This document shows, piece by piece, positions 1 through 11,394 of a DNA stretch of 64,000 nucleotides. Numbering within the stretch: the stretch's first letter is position 1; each line of letters opens with the position of its first letter. The notes beneath the pieces were generated by a model. It worked only from the letters and a program-made list of their open reading frames with translations, did not search any database and was not told where the DNA came from. Both the position numbers and the translations under genes were made by a program. The stretch comes from Octopus sinensis. Its lineage: Eukaryota. The stretch is taken from positions 42,532,001-42,596,000 of the forward strand of contig NC_042999.1 of assembly GCF_006345805.1 (NCBI RefSeq). Direction: 5' to 3'.

Positions 1-200
1 GAAATGCTTAGTAGTATTTCGTCTACTGTTACGTTCTGAGTTCAAATTCCGCCGAGGTCGACTTTGCCTTTCATCTTTTTGGGGTCGATAAATTAAGTAC
101 CAGCCATGCACTGGAGTCGGTGTAATCGACTTAATCCCTTTGTCTGTCCTTGTTTGTCCCCTCTATGTTTAGCCCCTTGTAGGCAATAAAGAAATAAGAA
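1..200 (+). mobile_element. SINE family B copy (5' truncated by window edge)
   Basis: Shares gaaatgcttag...gttctgagttcaaattccgccgaggtcgactttgcctttcatcc...ggggtcgat with more than 12 other copies in the window. Confidence 0.8.
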
Positions 201-840
201 ACATCAGCTGCCAAAATAGGACTACACACAAATGTCAAGAAAACCCAAGTACATATCTTTCAACCAATCAAGTGATGCTGAACTGTTTGCTTTGAAGGGT
301 ACCAAATTGAATGTTGTTGAAAACTTCAAGTAGTTAGGTTGTTGGGTGAGTAGTTCAGAAGCCAACATCAAGGTCAGAAGGGCATCAGCATTGACAGCCT
401 GTCACAAACTAAAGAAGATCTGGAACTCCAAATTGCCCAGGCAAATCAAAATCAAACTATTCATTGCAATTGTCAAATCAGTGCTATTATATGGCAGTGA
501 AACAGATGCTGACGAAGAAATTATCAAGCATGCTGTCACACAAGGATGCTACAAATAGTGCTAAATGTGAAATAGCAGCAACATATGACAAACGAATGCA
601 TTTATGGAGGTCTGCCAAAAGTTAGTGAGAAAATCAGGCTGTGACTATCTGGTCACTGCACGCACCACTCTGATCTGGAAATTAGCTTTGTGGAACCCAT
701 TTCACAGTGATGTAGGGAGAGGAAAACATCATCGCACTTACATTGGCAACTTGATCACAGACACTGGCCTGAAATATACCCTGGACCATGAGGCAGTGAT
801 ACTGGACCAAGAAGTATAGCGGGTGGACTTTGTTGCGGCA
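200..840 (+). mobile_element. Decayed non-LTR retrotransposon RT C-terminal fragment (RTE-like)
   Basis: Peptides AAKIGLHTNVKKTQV, VVENFK*LG and KIWNSKLPRQIKIKLFIAIVKSVLLYGSET, with stops and frameshifts. Confidence 0.8.
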
Positions 841-1220
841 ACACAGGTTAGAACCCAACCATAACAATAAAATAAAATTATTAAGATACCATAAAGTATT
901 TTGGATAATGGTCTGCTAATCCTTTCAAAACATCAAACAGTAAAAGCCAAAAGTAAACATTGAAAATTAATTTAAACAAGCAGTCATTAATAGTATTAAT
1001 ACATTCAAGCTTTTGTGTGAAACAGCTTTTATTTATTTTTAATCTCTGTGTTCATGAACTTGTCTGTTTGTCTTCATCATTTTCTTTGAGAGAAAGACTG
1101 AAGGAATGGAGATATCTGAGTGTTTTGTTTCCTCTGAATCAGTTTTTGCGTGCTATTATACATATCCATATATATACTTATGTATATATGTGCACACAAA
1201 CATACGCATACATATGAAAT

Positions 1221-1255
<35 letters not shown>

Positions 1256-1670
1256 GCACATGTGTATCTATATATCATAATTAACATGGTACTTTCTTTC
1301 TTTCTTTTTCACCTTCTTATAATTCTTTTGTGAGAAAAAAACTATGTTCAAGAATTGGTGATGTCTGAGAATGAAACTTTACTTTTAACATCTGTTTTGA
1401 GAGACCAATGCAATTAATTAGTAATTATGAAGAAGTGAAGACAATATACACTAGCATACACATGCACACACAGCCAAGTATTTAAACGTTCATACACACA
1501 CAATGCACAAGGAACACATATACATGCACTCCTAAACTTTAATAATTTGACAGTAAAATAACAAACCAGTGTGTGAGTGGTGTATCAAAAACTATAAATA
1601 CACATGAGCCTAATTGATTAGAAAGTTAATTAGCCTAAATGAGATACAGTTTCTCTTTATGCTGGGAATA

Positions 1671-1887
1671 CAAGGGGTTGCTGAAAAGTTCCTGGCTTTA
1701 AGGGTACTGTGGAAGGCCTGGTTGGAGGCCCAACTTCCCAAGTTCTTTTACAGGACTTAAGAAAAAATGAAGGACTGCTGCAATAAGTGTGTGTGAATCT
1801 CAGAAGAGAATATGTTGAATAATCATAATTAACTGACCCTCCTGTATTTTCTTTTACCCAGAACCAAGAACTTTCCATACTACCACG
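1671..1887. mobile_element. Mariner-type MITE
   Basis: TA flanks and imperfect TIR caaggggttgctgaaaagttcctgg. The internal sequence is shared with 3761-3990 and, reversed, with 46165-46380. Confidence 0.7.
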
Positions 1888-2002
1888 TATATATATATAT
1901 ATTGATAAAAATGGTAAGATAACAAAAGAATGAAAGAGACCTCGATATTATGTAAATAGAGGAATTTATCTGTAAATGTAATATGTGACAATTATTCGGT
2001 AG

Positions 2003-2070
2003 CCATGATAAAACTCTGAGTTTCGGATGCCAAGGTGGAAATCCACGCCACCATCTCTTCAGTTATCTGG
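2003..2070 (-). ncRNA. Type I hammerhead ribozyme motif, intact core
   Basis: Minus strand: CCA-GATAA / CTGAAGA / stem II (GATG...CATC plus one extra C) / GAAA / C-T-CAG-A-G-T / T / TTATC-A-TGG. Stems I, II and III can pair, and the cleavage triplet is GUU. Confidence 0.7.
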
Positions 2071-2439
2071 GCCAGATAACTGAAGATATATATATCTTTC
2101 TGTGAGTGTTAGAGGTTGGGAAGCCCACCAACTAAAGGATAGTACCTATCCAATATACTGCTGGTAGAGTACCCAAACTATTCATACCCAAATGTTGGTT
2201 ATTGCATGGCAATCTTGCAATTGAGAGTCATATATGGGTGAGGGTAAAAAGTGGTTTGCCCTTAATTTATATGGCAAATAAAAGAAAAGGGAGAGAATAC
2301 AAAATGACATACATCAGCTGGTAGACATTCCAGTGTGTCTATTTATTCCAAAGCATTAAAAAGTATTAGAAAAGTACATACACATGTATTAACTATGTGT
2401 TACACACATGTATTAATTAATATTACAGGAAAGAGAGTA

Positions 2440-3050
2440 TAATAATGATAATAATGAAATTATTGTATACAGTGCTCAGGTGCACCACAACTTGTCAGAA
2501 AGTGCGTATAAAGTCTGGAAAGCAAACAATGTATGAGTCAGATACATGCTTGTTTGTGTATGGAGGGGAGAAAATCAGGTGTAGTGTTGGCGAATCTCAG
2601 AAAGCACGGAAGTTTTGAAGGATGCAGTGCTCCGACAACTAACAACTGATGCCGGTAGTTTGTTCCATGCTTCAGCAAATCTTATTGTGAAAAAATGTTT
2701 CCGAAAGTCATGGGAGCTGTGCTGTTTTCTGATTTTGTAAATATGTCCACGGGTGTTAGATGGGTGGAGTTTGAAAAGGTGCTCAGAGTTATTGTTTGTA
2801 AGATGGTTAATAATTTTATGGATGTCTGCCAAGTCAGCTGCCAGACGTCCGAGTTTCAATGTGTCCATGCCCAGGGAAGTAAGGCGCTCAGAATATGGCA
2901 AATGCCTGATGGAGGGTATTCTTTTGGCTGCACGTCGCTGAACGGCTTCTAGATGATTAATATCCTGGGCAAGATAGGAGTTTCAGACCGGTGATGCAAA
3001 TTCCAGGTGAGGCTATATAAAGCTGCAGATAGATAGCCGGAGAGCGGCTC
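2440..3050 (-). mobile_element. CR1-clade LINE 3' end fragment
   Basis: PHLEFASPV...INHLEAVQRRAAKRI, then YSERLTSLGMDTL...TRGHIYKI...RKHFFTIRFAEAWNKLPASVV...SFK, the typical CR1 RT C-terminus. Confidence 0.85.
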
Positions 3051-3358
3051 ACAAAGGTCAATTCCTTATGCCTGTTTCTGCCAAGAGGTAAGAAAATCCC
3101 CCATGCTATCTCTATCTCTTCGGTGTTCTGTAGGGATGGGCAGATAAAGTTTGGATGATGAGTGTGCCTCTAGGCTTCTTCACGGGGTCTAAATGGTTAT
3201 GAGGGCTAATACATATAATAAACAGGAAACAATAGGTACAATGCATTTTAATAATGACTCTTCTAATACTTTCTAATACTTTTGAATAAATAGACACGCT
3301 GGAATGTCTACCAGCTGATGTATGTCATTTTGTATCCTCCCCATTTTCTCTTATTTGC

Positions 3359-3384
<26 letters not shown>

Positions 3385-3390
<6 letters not shown>

Positions 3391-3680
3391 GTCATCAGAG
3401 AGAAGTCCAGCGTGAGAGATGCCATCATGGAATATACACGCAGCAAGTTTAGATGGGCTGGACACGTCGCCCGGCTCACAGATAATCGGTGGACCCATGC
3501 AGTTGTCGAGTGGTATCCGCACGAGCAGAAACAACCAATTGGAAGGCCTCTACGACAGTGGAGTTACAATTTCAGGAGGGCAATCGGGATCACGTGGATG
3601 AGGAAGGCATGATCCAGAGAGGAGTGGACAGCGTGCTGTGACCAGCGGTGTCAAATGGACGCCTGACGGACAGGTTGGTC
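3385..3680 (+). mobile_element. RTE-clade LINE 3' fragment
   Basis: IREKSSVRDAI...KFRWAGHVARLTDNRWT..VVEWYP....PIGRP..W, the RTE RT C-terminal motif. Confidence 0.85.
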
Positions 3681-3686
3681 AAGATG

Positions 3687-3746
<60 letters not shown>

Positions 3747-3760
3747 AACACACTCACATA

Positions 3761-3990
3761 CATGACAGGGTGCTGAAAAGCTCCTGACTTTAGGGGTATC
3801 ACAAAAGGCCTGGTTGGAGACGACCCAACCTCCCAAGTTCTTTTACAGGGCTTAGAAAAACTGAAAAACCACTGCAATACGTGTGTGAATCTGAGAAGGG
3901 AATATGTTGAATAAAATCATAATTAACAATTAATTGGTCCTCCTCTTTTTTTCTTTTATCCAAGGCCAGGAATTTTTCAGGACCCCTTTG
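3761..3990. mobile_element. Mariner-type MITE (same family as 1671-1887)
   Basis: TA flanks, with TIRs gggtgctgaaaagctcctg and ccaggaatttttcaggaccc. Confidence 0.7.
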
Positions 3991-5308
3991 TATGTACTGT
4001 GGTTGCCACCTTCCTAGTGTAACAGCTGCAGGGGAAGTACTTAGGAATAAGCTGCAGCAGTAGCAAACCTACAGAGTGTGCTACCTGGTGCATGTGGCTC
4101 AGTGGTTAGGGTGTCCAGCTCATGATTGTAAGGCCATGTGTTCGATTCCTGGCAACACATTGTGTCCTTGAGCAAGACACTTTATTTCACATTGCTCCCA
4201 TTCACTCAGCTAGCAAAAAAGAGTGGTACTTGTAATTTAAAGGCCAAACCTTGTCACATTCTGTGTCATGCTGAATCTCCTTGAGAACTGCATTAAGGGT
4301 GCATGTGTCTGTGGAGCATTCAGCCACTTGCACGGTAATTTCAGGAACAGGCTGAAAGTTAGCAGCATAAAGTCAACATGTCTAGTGCTGGTATTATGAT
4401 AAAATGTTCCCAGTACATTCTGCAAAATTGCTAGCATTACAAAGAGTAACTAACCATTGAAACTGTGCCAAAACAAAATGTATAAGTGGAACCTGGTTCT
4501 CTGATGTTGCTCTCATATATATACATCATGCGATGGACCAGACAATCAGATGGTATTGTATGCACATTACAATATGGTTTACATTGTTTTAGCTTTTGAC
4601 TGATGCCACCCACCTGGTTAGGCAAGCAAACCAACGTTTCCTTGATTGGAAGGTTAGTCCATAGCATTGTCACCCATTTGCAGCTGAGTGGACTGGGGCA
4701 ATGGAAAATGAAGTGTTTTGCTCAAAAACACAATACGCTGCTCAGTCTGTGAATTGAACCAACAATCTAGTGATTGTGAGTGCAACACCTCTGGGCCACA
4801 TGCCTTTCCAAGTTTTACATGTGTGTGTTTGTTTCAGTCATTAGACTGTAGGCATGCTGGAACACGACCTTGAATATATATTTTTTATTGTGTATCAAGG
4901 CTACCACTGGATTCATGTTAAGAAAAATATTTTAATATCTTAAGAATTTTTCAAGTCGATCACATGGAGGAATGGTGTTAGTCTCCATTTAGGTGTTGTC
5001 ATCCATTCCTCCACCAAATGTGATTGGTTTGAAAAATTGTTGAGATATTAAGATGTTTTTCTTAACATGGAACCAATGGTAGTCTTAATACACAAATAAA
5101 AAAAATTCTATCCACCAATGCAGTGTTGAGCATTTATTCTTGTCATTCAACATTTATGCATATATATATATATAAGAGATAACGGTGTCATTGACTCCCA
5201 AAGGTGTCAGGTAATGCTGAATAAGTGCTATAGACAGACCATAGTTAAGTTCCAGATTCGGTAATATTGCGAATAAAGGGTTCAATATTGGTTCTATGTC
5301 AGCGTGTG

Positions 5309-5674
5309 TATATAAGAATTTTTTGCGTAATAAGATAAAAAACCAAGGCTGTATAGATATTAGAGCATTTATAGATAGAAGGTCTTACAGCTGTTTCTAG
5401 GATATCAATTAATAATATCCCTTCATCGGAGACGGTGTGAGAGGAAAAATTAAGTCATAGTTAGTTTCGATGCAATACAAATTTCTCCACCTCACTCTCT
5501 ATTTGTATTGCATTGAAACTAACTATGACTTAATTTTTCCTCTCACACCGTCTCCAATGAAGGGATATTATTAATTAATATCCTAGAAACAGCTGTAAGA
5601 CCTTCTATCTATAAATGTTCTAATATCTATACAGCCTTGGTTTTTTATCTTATTACGCAAAAAATTCTTATATA
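5309..5674. repeat. Near-perfect 174-bp-arm inverted repeat (Penelope-like terminal sequence)
   Basis: Arms 5309-5482 and 5501-5674, 18-nt loop, 4 mismatches counted by eye. Confidence 0.95.
5382..5433 (-). ncRNA. Minimal hammerhead-like motif (U4C variant)
   Basis: Minus strand: GTCT / CCGATGA / A-GGGATAT-tattaattg-ATATCCT-A / GAAAC-AGCT-GTA / AGAC. Stem I is 4 bp, stem II is 7 bp, and stem III is palindromic. The core deviates at U4 and at the 10.1-11.1 pair. Confidence 0.5.
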
Positions 5675-6086
5675 TACAAATATTATTACCTCCCCTTATC
5701 TGGAACTCTTCTTCACACTTCTCAACGTAAACATAACGATGTAAGAAATTTGAAAAGCTGAACGCGAAACCGGTCATTTCTTCAAAAACTATGTCATTGT
5801 ATGAAAACAGTTTATAACATTCTTCAGACATAATGACTCAAATATATATTTTTTAACCTTTTAAAACAAGCCTTCTGTAGTTTTTTCACTTTTTACTATT
5901 TTCTATATATATTCAACCACGTGCTTTCACACACCAACTTTCTCACCTATATATATATATATATTATATATATATATATACTATAAAGATCTCAAATATA
6001 AACATGCCACACAATGATAATAAAAGAAGATATAGAAAATTATCCTACATCTTTTGAGCCATGGAGAATACAAGTAAAGGACTTAC

Positions 6087-6245
6087 TGATTCGTATTCGG
6101 GATTTATTGACTTGTTCTCCAAGAGATTTCGCTTTTGAATATTGCTCCTTCAGCTCTGCCTTCTTCATCTTGATAGTGTTGTTGTCTTTGTAATCTTGGC
6201 AGAAAATATCAAAGGCTTCCTGTCTACCCAAAGACATTGGTCCCA
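6087..6245 (-). CDS. KIF6: KIF6 kinesin, internal coding exon C
   Basis: Translates (L)GPMSLGRQEAFDIFCQDYKDNNTIKMKKAELKEQYSKAKSLGEQVNKSRIRI, matching the recalled KIF6 segment MSLGRQEAFEIF...LKQRFSEAKALGE. It has a long polypyrimidine tract plus cacag acceptor and an A|gtaagt donor. It is 159 nt, phase 1 to 1, compatible with exon B. Confidence 0.92.
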
Positions 6246-6809
6246 CTGTGAGGGCAAACAGAATGGGTAAAAAAAAGAAAAAAAAAAAAGACAGAAATAT
6301 GACACCGAGAAAATCTATTTCAAAACACTTTTTTATATTTTGCATATATTTTTACATTTTTTAAATTCATTTTTACATATATTTTACATTTATTTTTACA
6401 TATATTTTACATTTATTTTTATATATTTTACATTTTTTCCTGTGTCTTTACATATATTTTCCAATGCTTTTTACATTTATTGTTCCATTAGCAAGACATA
6501 TTCTTTTACTTTTTTACTTGATTCAGTCATGGGCTGCTGCCATGCTGGAGCAATATGCACAAAACTTGCAGATGTATAAACTGTATTTATAATTATTGAT
6601 ACATTATTATGAGTTAGCTAATTGAACAAAGCTATGATGAAAGACACTTCAACCACGACCTTCCTTCTAAGAATTTTTAGCACTACTTTATCCAAAGTCC
6701 CATTTCTCTTTCCTTTTTTAGATGAAGGAATGAGATTTGAGAAAGATTTGACTGCTAATTCTAACAGACTGAACAGCCATACAGAGGCTTTTTTATAGAC
6801 TCATAAAAA

Positions 6810-7065
6810 AAAAATAAATGCACCCTTTTAAAGCCTAGCCAGGCCCATGGGCCCGGTTTCCCAGTTTCTATGGTGTATGTGTTCCCAGCTGGATGGGACA
6901 CCAGTTCATTGCAGCATTACTCATTTTTGCCAACTGAGTGGACTGGAGCAACGTGAAATGAAGCATTTTGCTCAAGAACACAATGCATCGCCCGATCCAG
7001 GAATCGAAACCACAATCTTACCATCATGATGCTGACACCCTAACCACTAAACCACACACCTCCAT
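6810..7065 (-). mobile_element. tRNA-headed SINE family E, full length with TSD
   Basis: A-box-like and B-box-like head on the minus strand. The direct repeat tttatagactcataa flanks both sides, and a near-identical copy lies at 33440-33695. Confidence 0.85.
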
Positions 7066-7079
7066 TTATAGACTCATAA

Positions 7080-7320
7080 TTATTATTTCATTCTTTATTG
7101 CTCACAAGGGGCTACACATAGAGGGGACAGACAAAGGGACTAAGTCGATTACATCGACCCCAGTGCATAACTGGTACTTATTTAATCAACCCCGAAAGGA
7201 TGAAAGGCAAAGTTGACCTCAGCAGAAGTTGAGCTCAGAACATAGCGGCAGACGAAATACCGTTAAGCATTTCACCTGGTGTGCTAACATTTCTGCTGGT
7301 TCGGTGCCTTATTATTATTG
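7080..7320 (-). mobile_element. SINE family B copy
   Basis: Reverse complement of the family B consensus, with an (ATT)-rich flank. Confidence 0.8.
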
Positions 7321-7824
7321 CCATAATTATTATTGCCATACATTTTAGTATTGGATATTTTACTTTATGTTAAGAATTACTGTTGAACTTGTTTGTCAGG
7401 CAGGCAGACTGAGGCAAGCAGAGTTATGTATCTTACTGACAGAATAGCTCTGACACCACCACAGCTTATTGTAATCTATCTCCCTGCTCCTTTTACTTTC
7501 TTCTCTTTTTTTTTTTTTATTAGATGTCACTTTCAAGAAGGTAGTAAACAGCCAGAGATAAAACAAGCTTCAAACAACTAGTTAGTTTGATGGGAGTTAA
7601 AACCCCACAAAAAAATTTGATGAGAAACTGCTCTAAGAAAAGAAACGTTCAAAGGAGAATGAAGAGAGTTCCATAAGACAGGCATCCAAGGAAAGAACCT
7701 ACATAAGTGGAAACACTTCTTACAAGAGAGAACAATGACAATGAAAGTATGAGAATTAACCGTTTTGATTAGAACTCCTCCTGAGACTGCTTATGGTTCT
7801 AAGGTTACAAGTTTTATGCTTTAA

Positions 7825-8045
7825 CCCTTTAGTGTTTAAACCGGCCAAATCTGGCCCAATATATTCTATATGTTTTATATTCAAACTGGCCATAGCTAAC
7901 CTCTCACACCTAACCTGCAATGCCATTCTGAAAATGAACAATCACATCACTGAAACCTCAAAGCTATAAGATAATGCATGATTAATTCAAAACAATTTGA
8001 GTGAAAAAGTATTACATTTAACAGAGTAATCTGAACACTAAAGGG
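7825..8045. mobile_element. piggyBac-type MITE
   Basis: TTAA on both sides (7821-7824, 8046-8049) and a perfect 12-bp TIR CCCTTTAGTGTT / AACACTAAAGGG. Confidence 0.85.
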
Positions 8046-8094
8046 TTAAATAGTCTATATTGAAATCTTCCATCAAAATTTCATGTTTACTCTT

Positions 8095-8485
8095 GTACTC
8101 TTTTACTTATTTGTCATTTGACTGCAGCCATGCTGGAGCATTGCCTTTAGTCGAGCAATTCGACCCCAGGACTTATTCTTTGTAAGCCTAGTACTTATTC
8201 TATCAGTGTCTTTTGCCGAACTGCTACGTTATGGGGACGTAAACACACCAGCATCGGTTGTCAAGTGATGTTGGGGAGACAAACACAGATACACAAACAC
8301 ATACATATATATATATACATATACATATATACGACAGGCTTCTTTTCAGTTTCCGTTTACCAAATCCACTCACAAGGCTTTGGTCAGCTCGAGGCTATAG
8401 TAGAAGACACTTGCCTAAGGTGCCACGCAGTGGGACTGAACCCGGAACCATGTGGTTGGTAAGCACACAGCCACTCCTACGCCTA
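8095..8485 (-). mobile_element. tRNA-headed SINE family A, near full length
   Basis: Head ggcgtaggagtggctgtgtg...ggttccgggttcagtcccactgcgtggcacc, a central (TA/TG)n tract, and tail gcagtcaaatgac...aagtaaaagag. Confidence 0.85.
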
Positions 8486-8850
8486 TATTTAATGTTTCAA
8501 ACACCAGGTAAATAATGTTGCCATTATTTTACTAAATTCTTCATTATTTTTAAAATTGAAATAAAAGCAATGTATTTCAACAGAAATATGGTAAGGAAAT
8601 GATTAAAAAAGATGAATCATTCAGCTAGTAACCTGAACAAGAAACACAAGATAATGAAATTCTGGAATGAAACGATTTGGTTGAGCTGCTTGGATTTTGC
8701 TGATTTGGCAGAGTTGACTGGACATTCAGCTTGTTTTGGCAACAATACATTTTGGCATTGAAAACAAGCACATACATATACATGCACATGCTTAGAAATA
8801 TACACATACAGATGGATAGACAGACAGACAGCCAGAGAGAGAGAGAGAAG

Positions 8851-8911
<61 letters not shown>

Positions 8912-9738
8912 TAGAAAAACATTAAAATGGCTAATGTTAAATAAGTCAGCATTGAATCAGTAATGCCAAAACAGCTGTGCCAAAACAGCTGTGCCAAAAC
9001 ATCTCATGTCCAGAAGTTCAGTATATCAACAACCATGGAAATATCTATAGAATAAAGAAGTTATATTTTAGTGATGAGCACCAGAGGAAAAGGACTAAAT
9101 TCTTATAATGACACAAACCAACCAAAACTGGAAATATTCTTGTATATATTGAAATATTCAATTTTAAATTAATTATTTTTATTTGGAAAAATCAATACAT
9201 TTCACTTTTACCATTTCAATTTGTGTTTTTTCTTCTTTTTTTTTTCTTTTGGTTTTATTTCTTATACACCAAGAATGTTCTTGAAGGCAAGTAAGAATAT
9301 TTACTCTGTGAATGCTTCACTAATTCCAAATACTTTAATGTTTCTGTACAGCCATTTGATAACCTTTTGCTTTTAAATTTATTTTTCTTCCTTCTTTCTT
9401 AATTAATTATATACAATACTAAAATATGTACATCACTGTAAGCTATCATATCTTTGACAATAAAATACCTGCCTTCCTACCTATCTATCTTTCTATCTAT
9501 TGGACATTCACTTAGTCACAGACTACTTAAAGTACATCTGATTATATGAACACTACTTTACACTACACTGTATTTAGTATATTACAGCGGAACAAATATT
9601 ACAGTATCTTAAGGCTGTCATATCAATGCATTTTATCTATCTCTAATCCATTAAACTGTTTTCAACAGCTACAACAACAACAGAGACAGCAGTACCAGCA
9701 GTAGAATCAACTTCATCAGAGCAGTGCACCTTTAGTCG

Positions 9739-10112
9739 TTATTACCTCCGCCTTAGCAAAAGCAGAGGTATTATTTTCAGTTATGTTTGTTTGTTTGTTT
9801 GTCCGTGGAAAAGATATCTCAAGAACCACAGGATAGATCTAGATGAAACTTTCAGGGATGTTTGGCCTCCTAATTGGCATGCACTGATTAGATTATGGGA
9901 TCAATCTGGTACCAGACAAAGATTCTGGATTATTTTTCCTTTTTTTTTTACTTAAATTCTAAGAGTGGCCAGGTTCATTTTTAGTATTCTCATTTGTGAG
10001 AACAGTTGAGTTTATTTCAGATATTCCCATTTTAAAAATCATCTCTGGCTAATCATTGAGAGGACGTTGATATTGCCTTGGCAGAGTTTTGTGCTATCTG
10101 AATGATCTTTTG
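9739..10112 (+). mobile_element. Helentron-associated (HINE/DINE-1-like) non-autonomous element
   Basis: 5' hairpin tacctccgcctt...gcagaggta, an internal (TTTG)n tract, and a 3' subterminal ccttggcagag followed by a short stem-loop. A second copy lies reversed at 30426-30787. The class assignment rests on architecture only. Confidence 0.55.
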
Positions 10113-10199
10113 AAGTCACTTTCTCCTTCCAAATGACAACCATCTGCTAGAGCCACTACATATTTACTTAACCTGCGATAAATTATGTGTGTATATGTT

Positions 10200-10422
10200 C
10201 GTATATTTGTGTTTGTCCCCCCAACATCGCTTGACAACCGATGCTGGTGTGTTTACGTCCCCGTAACTTAGCAGTTCAGCAAAAGAGACTGATAGAATAA
10301 GTACTAGGCTTACAAAGAATAAGTCCTAGGATCGATTTGCTCGACTAAAGGTGGTGCTCCAGCATGCCTACAGTCAAATGACTGAAAAAGAGTAAAAGAG
10401 TATATAGGGAGAATTCACAAAA
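10200..10422 (+). mobile_element. SINE family A, 3' half
   Basis: tttgtccccccaacatcgcttgacaaccgatgctgg...cagtcaaatgactgaaa. Confidence 0.8.
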
Positions 10423-10495
10423 CAACAAAAGACGAAGACAGGTGGTGTAGACAACAAAGAGATGTATTAGTTTAACACTCGGGAAGTGAAAAAGT

Positions 10496-10531
10496 CTTTA
10501 ACGTTTCGAGCCTACGCTCTTCCACAGAAAG
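10496..10531 (-). ncRNA. Minimal hammerhead-like motif (A6U variant) in a Penelope-like terminal repeat remnant
   Basis: Minus strand: CTTT / CTGTGGA / A-GAGC-GTAG-GCTC / GAAAC-GT-T / AAAG. Stem III is the palindrome ACGT, and the core differs from CUGANGA at position 6. Confidence 0.45.
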
Positions 10532-11394
10532 GAACAGAGAAAAAAACAAGGGGAGAAAATAAAGAATGTGTAGTGGCTAGTGATCTATCATGGCAAATGC
10601 CGGACAAAGGCTAGGAAGAAGGGGAGATAATAAAGTAGTAGTGATCCTAAAATGAAGCTGTGCGTGCGTGTGTACGAGAGAGCATGTATGTGCATGTGGA
10701 AGAGAGCTGGTGACCTTGACATGTGTATGTGTGAGAGGGAGAGAGGAGAGGGAGGGGGTTAGATGAAAAGAGGAGGAGAACTTTAGTGGTCATTCCTCTT
10801 AATTTTGAATGTAACACAATTTTTAATCTTTAGATTTTTTAAATATGCTAAGCCACTGGTTTTAATTGATTAATATCAATCCCTACCTTTATTATTTAAT
10901 TATATATATATATATAATATATATATATAATATATATATATATATATCTACTTCAGGTACCTGAAAGAAGTCATGTTTCACCTTACCAAATATCTCTCTG
11001 TGGCCCTGCTTGTTGATACCCCTACTGTCAGCCAATACTTCAACTGCTGGTGTCCTCTCACCTAATTTGTGTAATGGTAGTGTTAGTAGTTGTTAAAGGG
11101 TTTGATGGAATACAGATGACATGTTAAGATTTAACAGGCTTCAAATATTCTAATGTTTTTGCTTTTTAGTGTAGTATCATGTCGTTGAACTTGGGCTAGT
11201 TTCAAATTTGATCTGACTTATGATTAGTCATTTTAACTATGACTGTCTCATCTTTTTGTTCCGGGATAATGTTGAGGATTATATTATCTAATGTGTTTTT
11301 TAAGACAGTGGGATATAACTTGAAGAATTTAGTTGTTATTTCTAGCATATCATGCGATCACATAGTGGCTCTCTCTAGGCTTTGTGATATTCTG

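Noticed and set aside
1030-1160. Candidate next KIF6 exon downstream of exon C
   Set aside because: No frame resembles the expected KIF6 continuation and the splice signals are weak. The next exon is probably outside the window.
5583-5831. 82-aa minus-strand ORF near exon C
   Set aside because: It overlaps the palindrome arm, has no KIF6 similarity, and has no recognisable domain.
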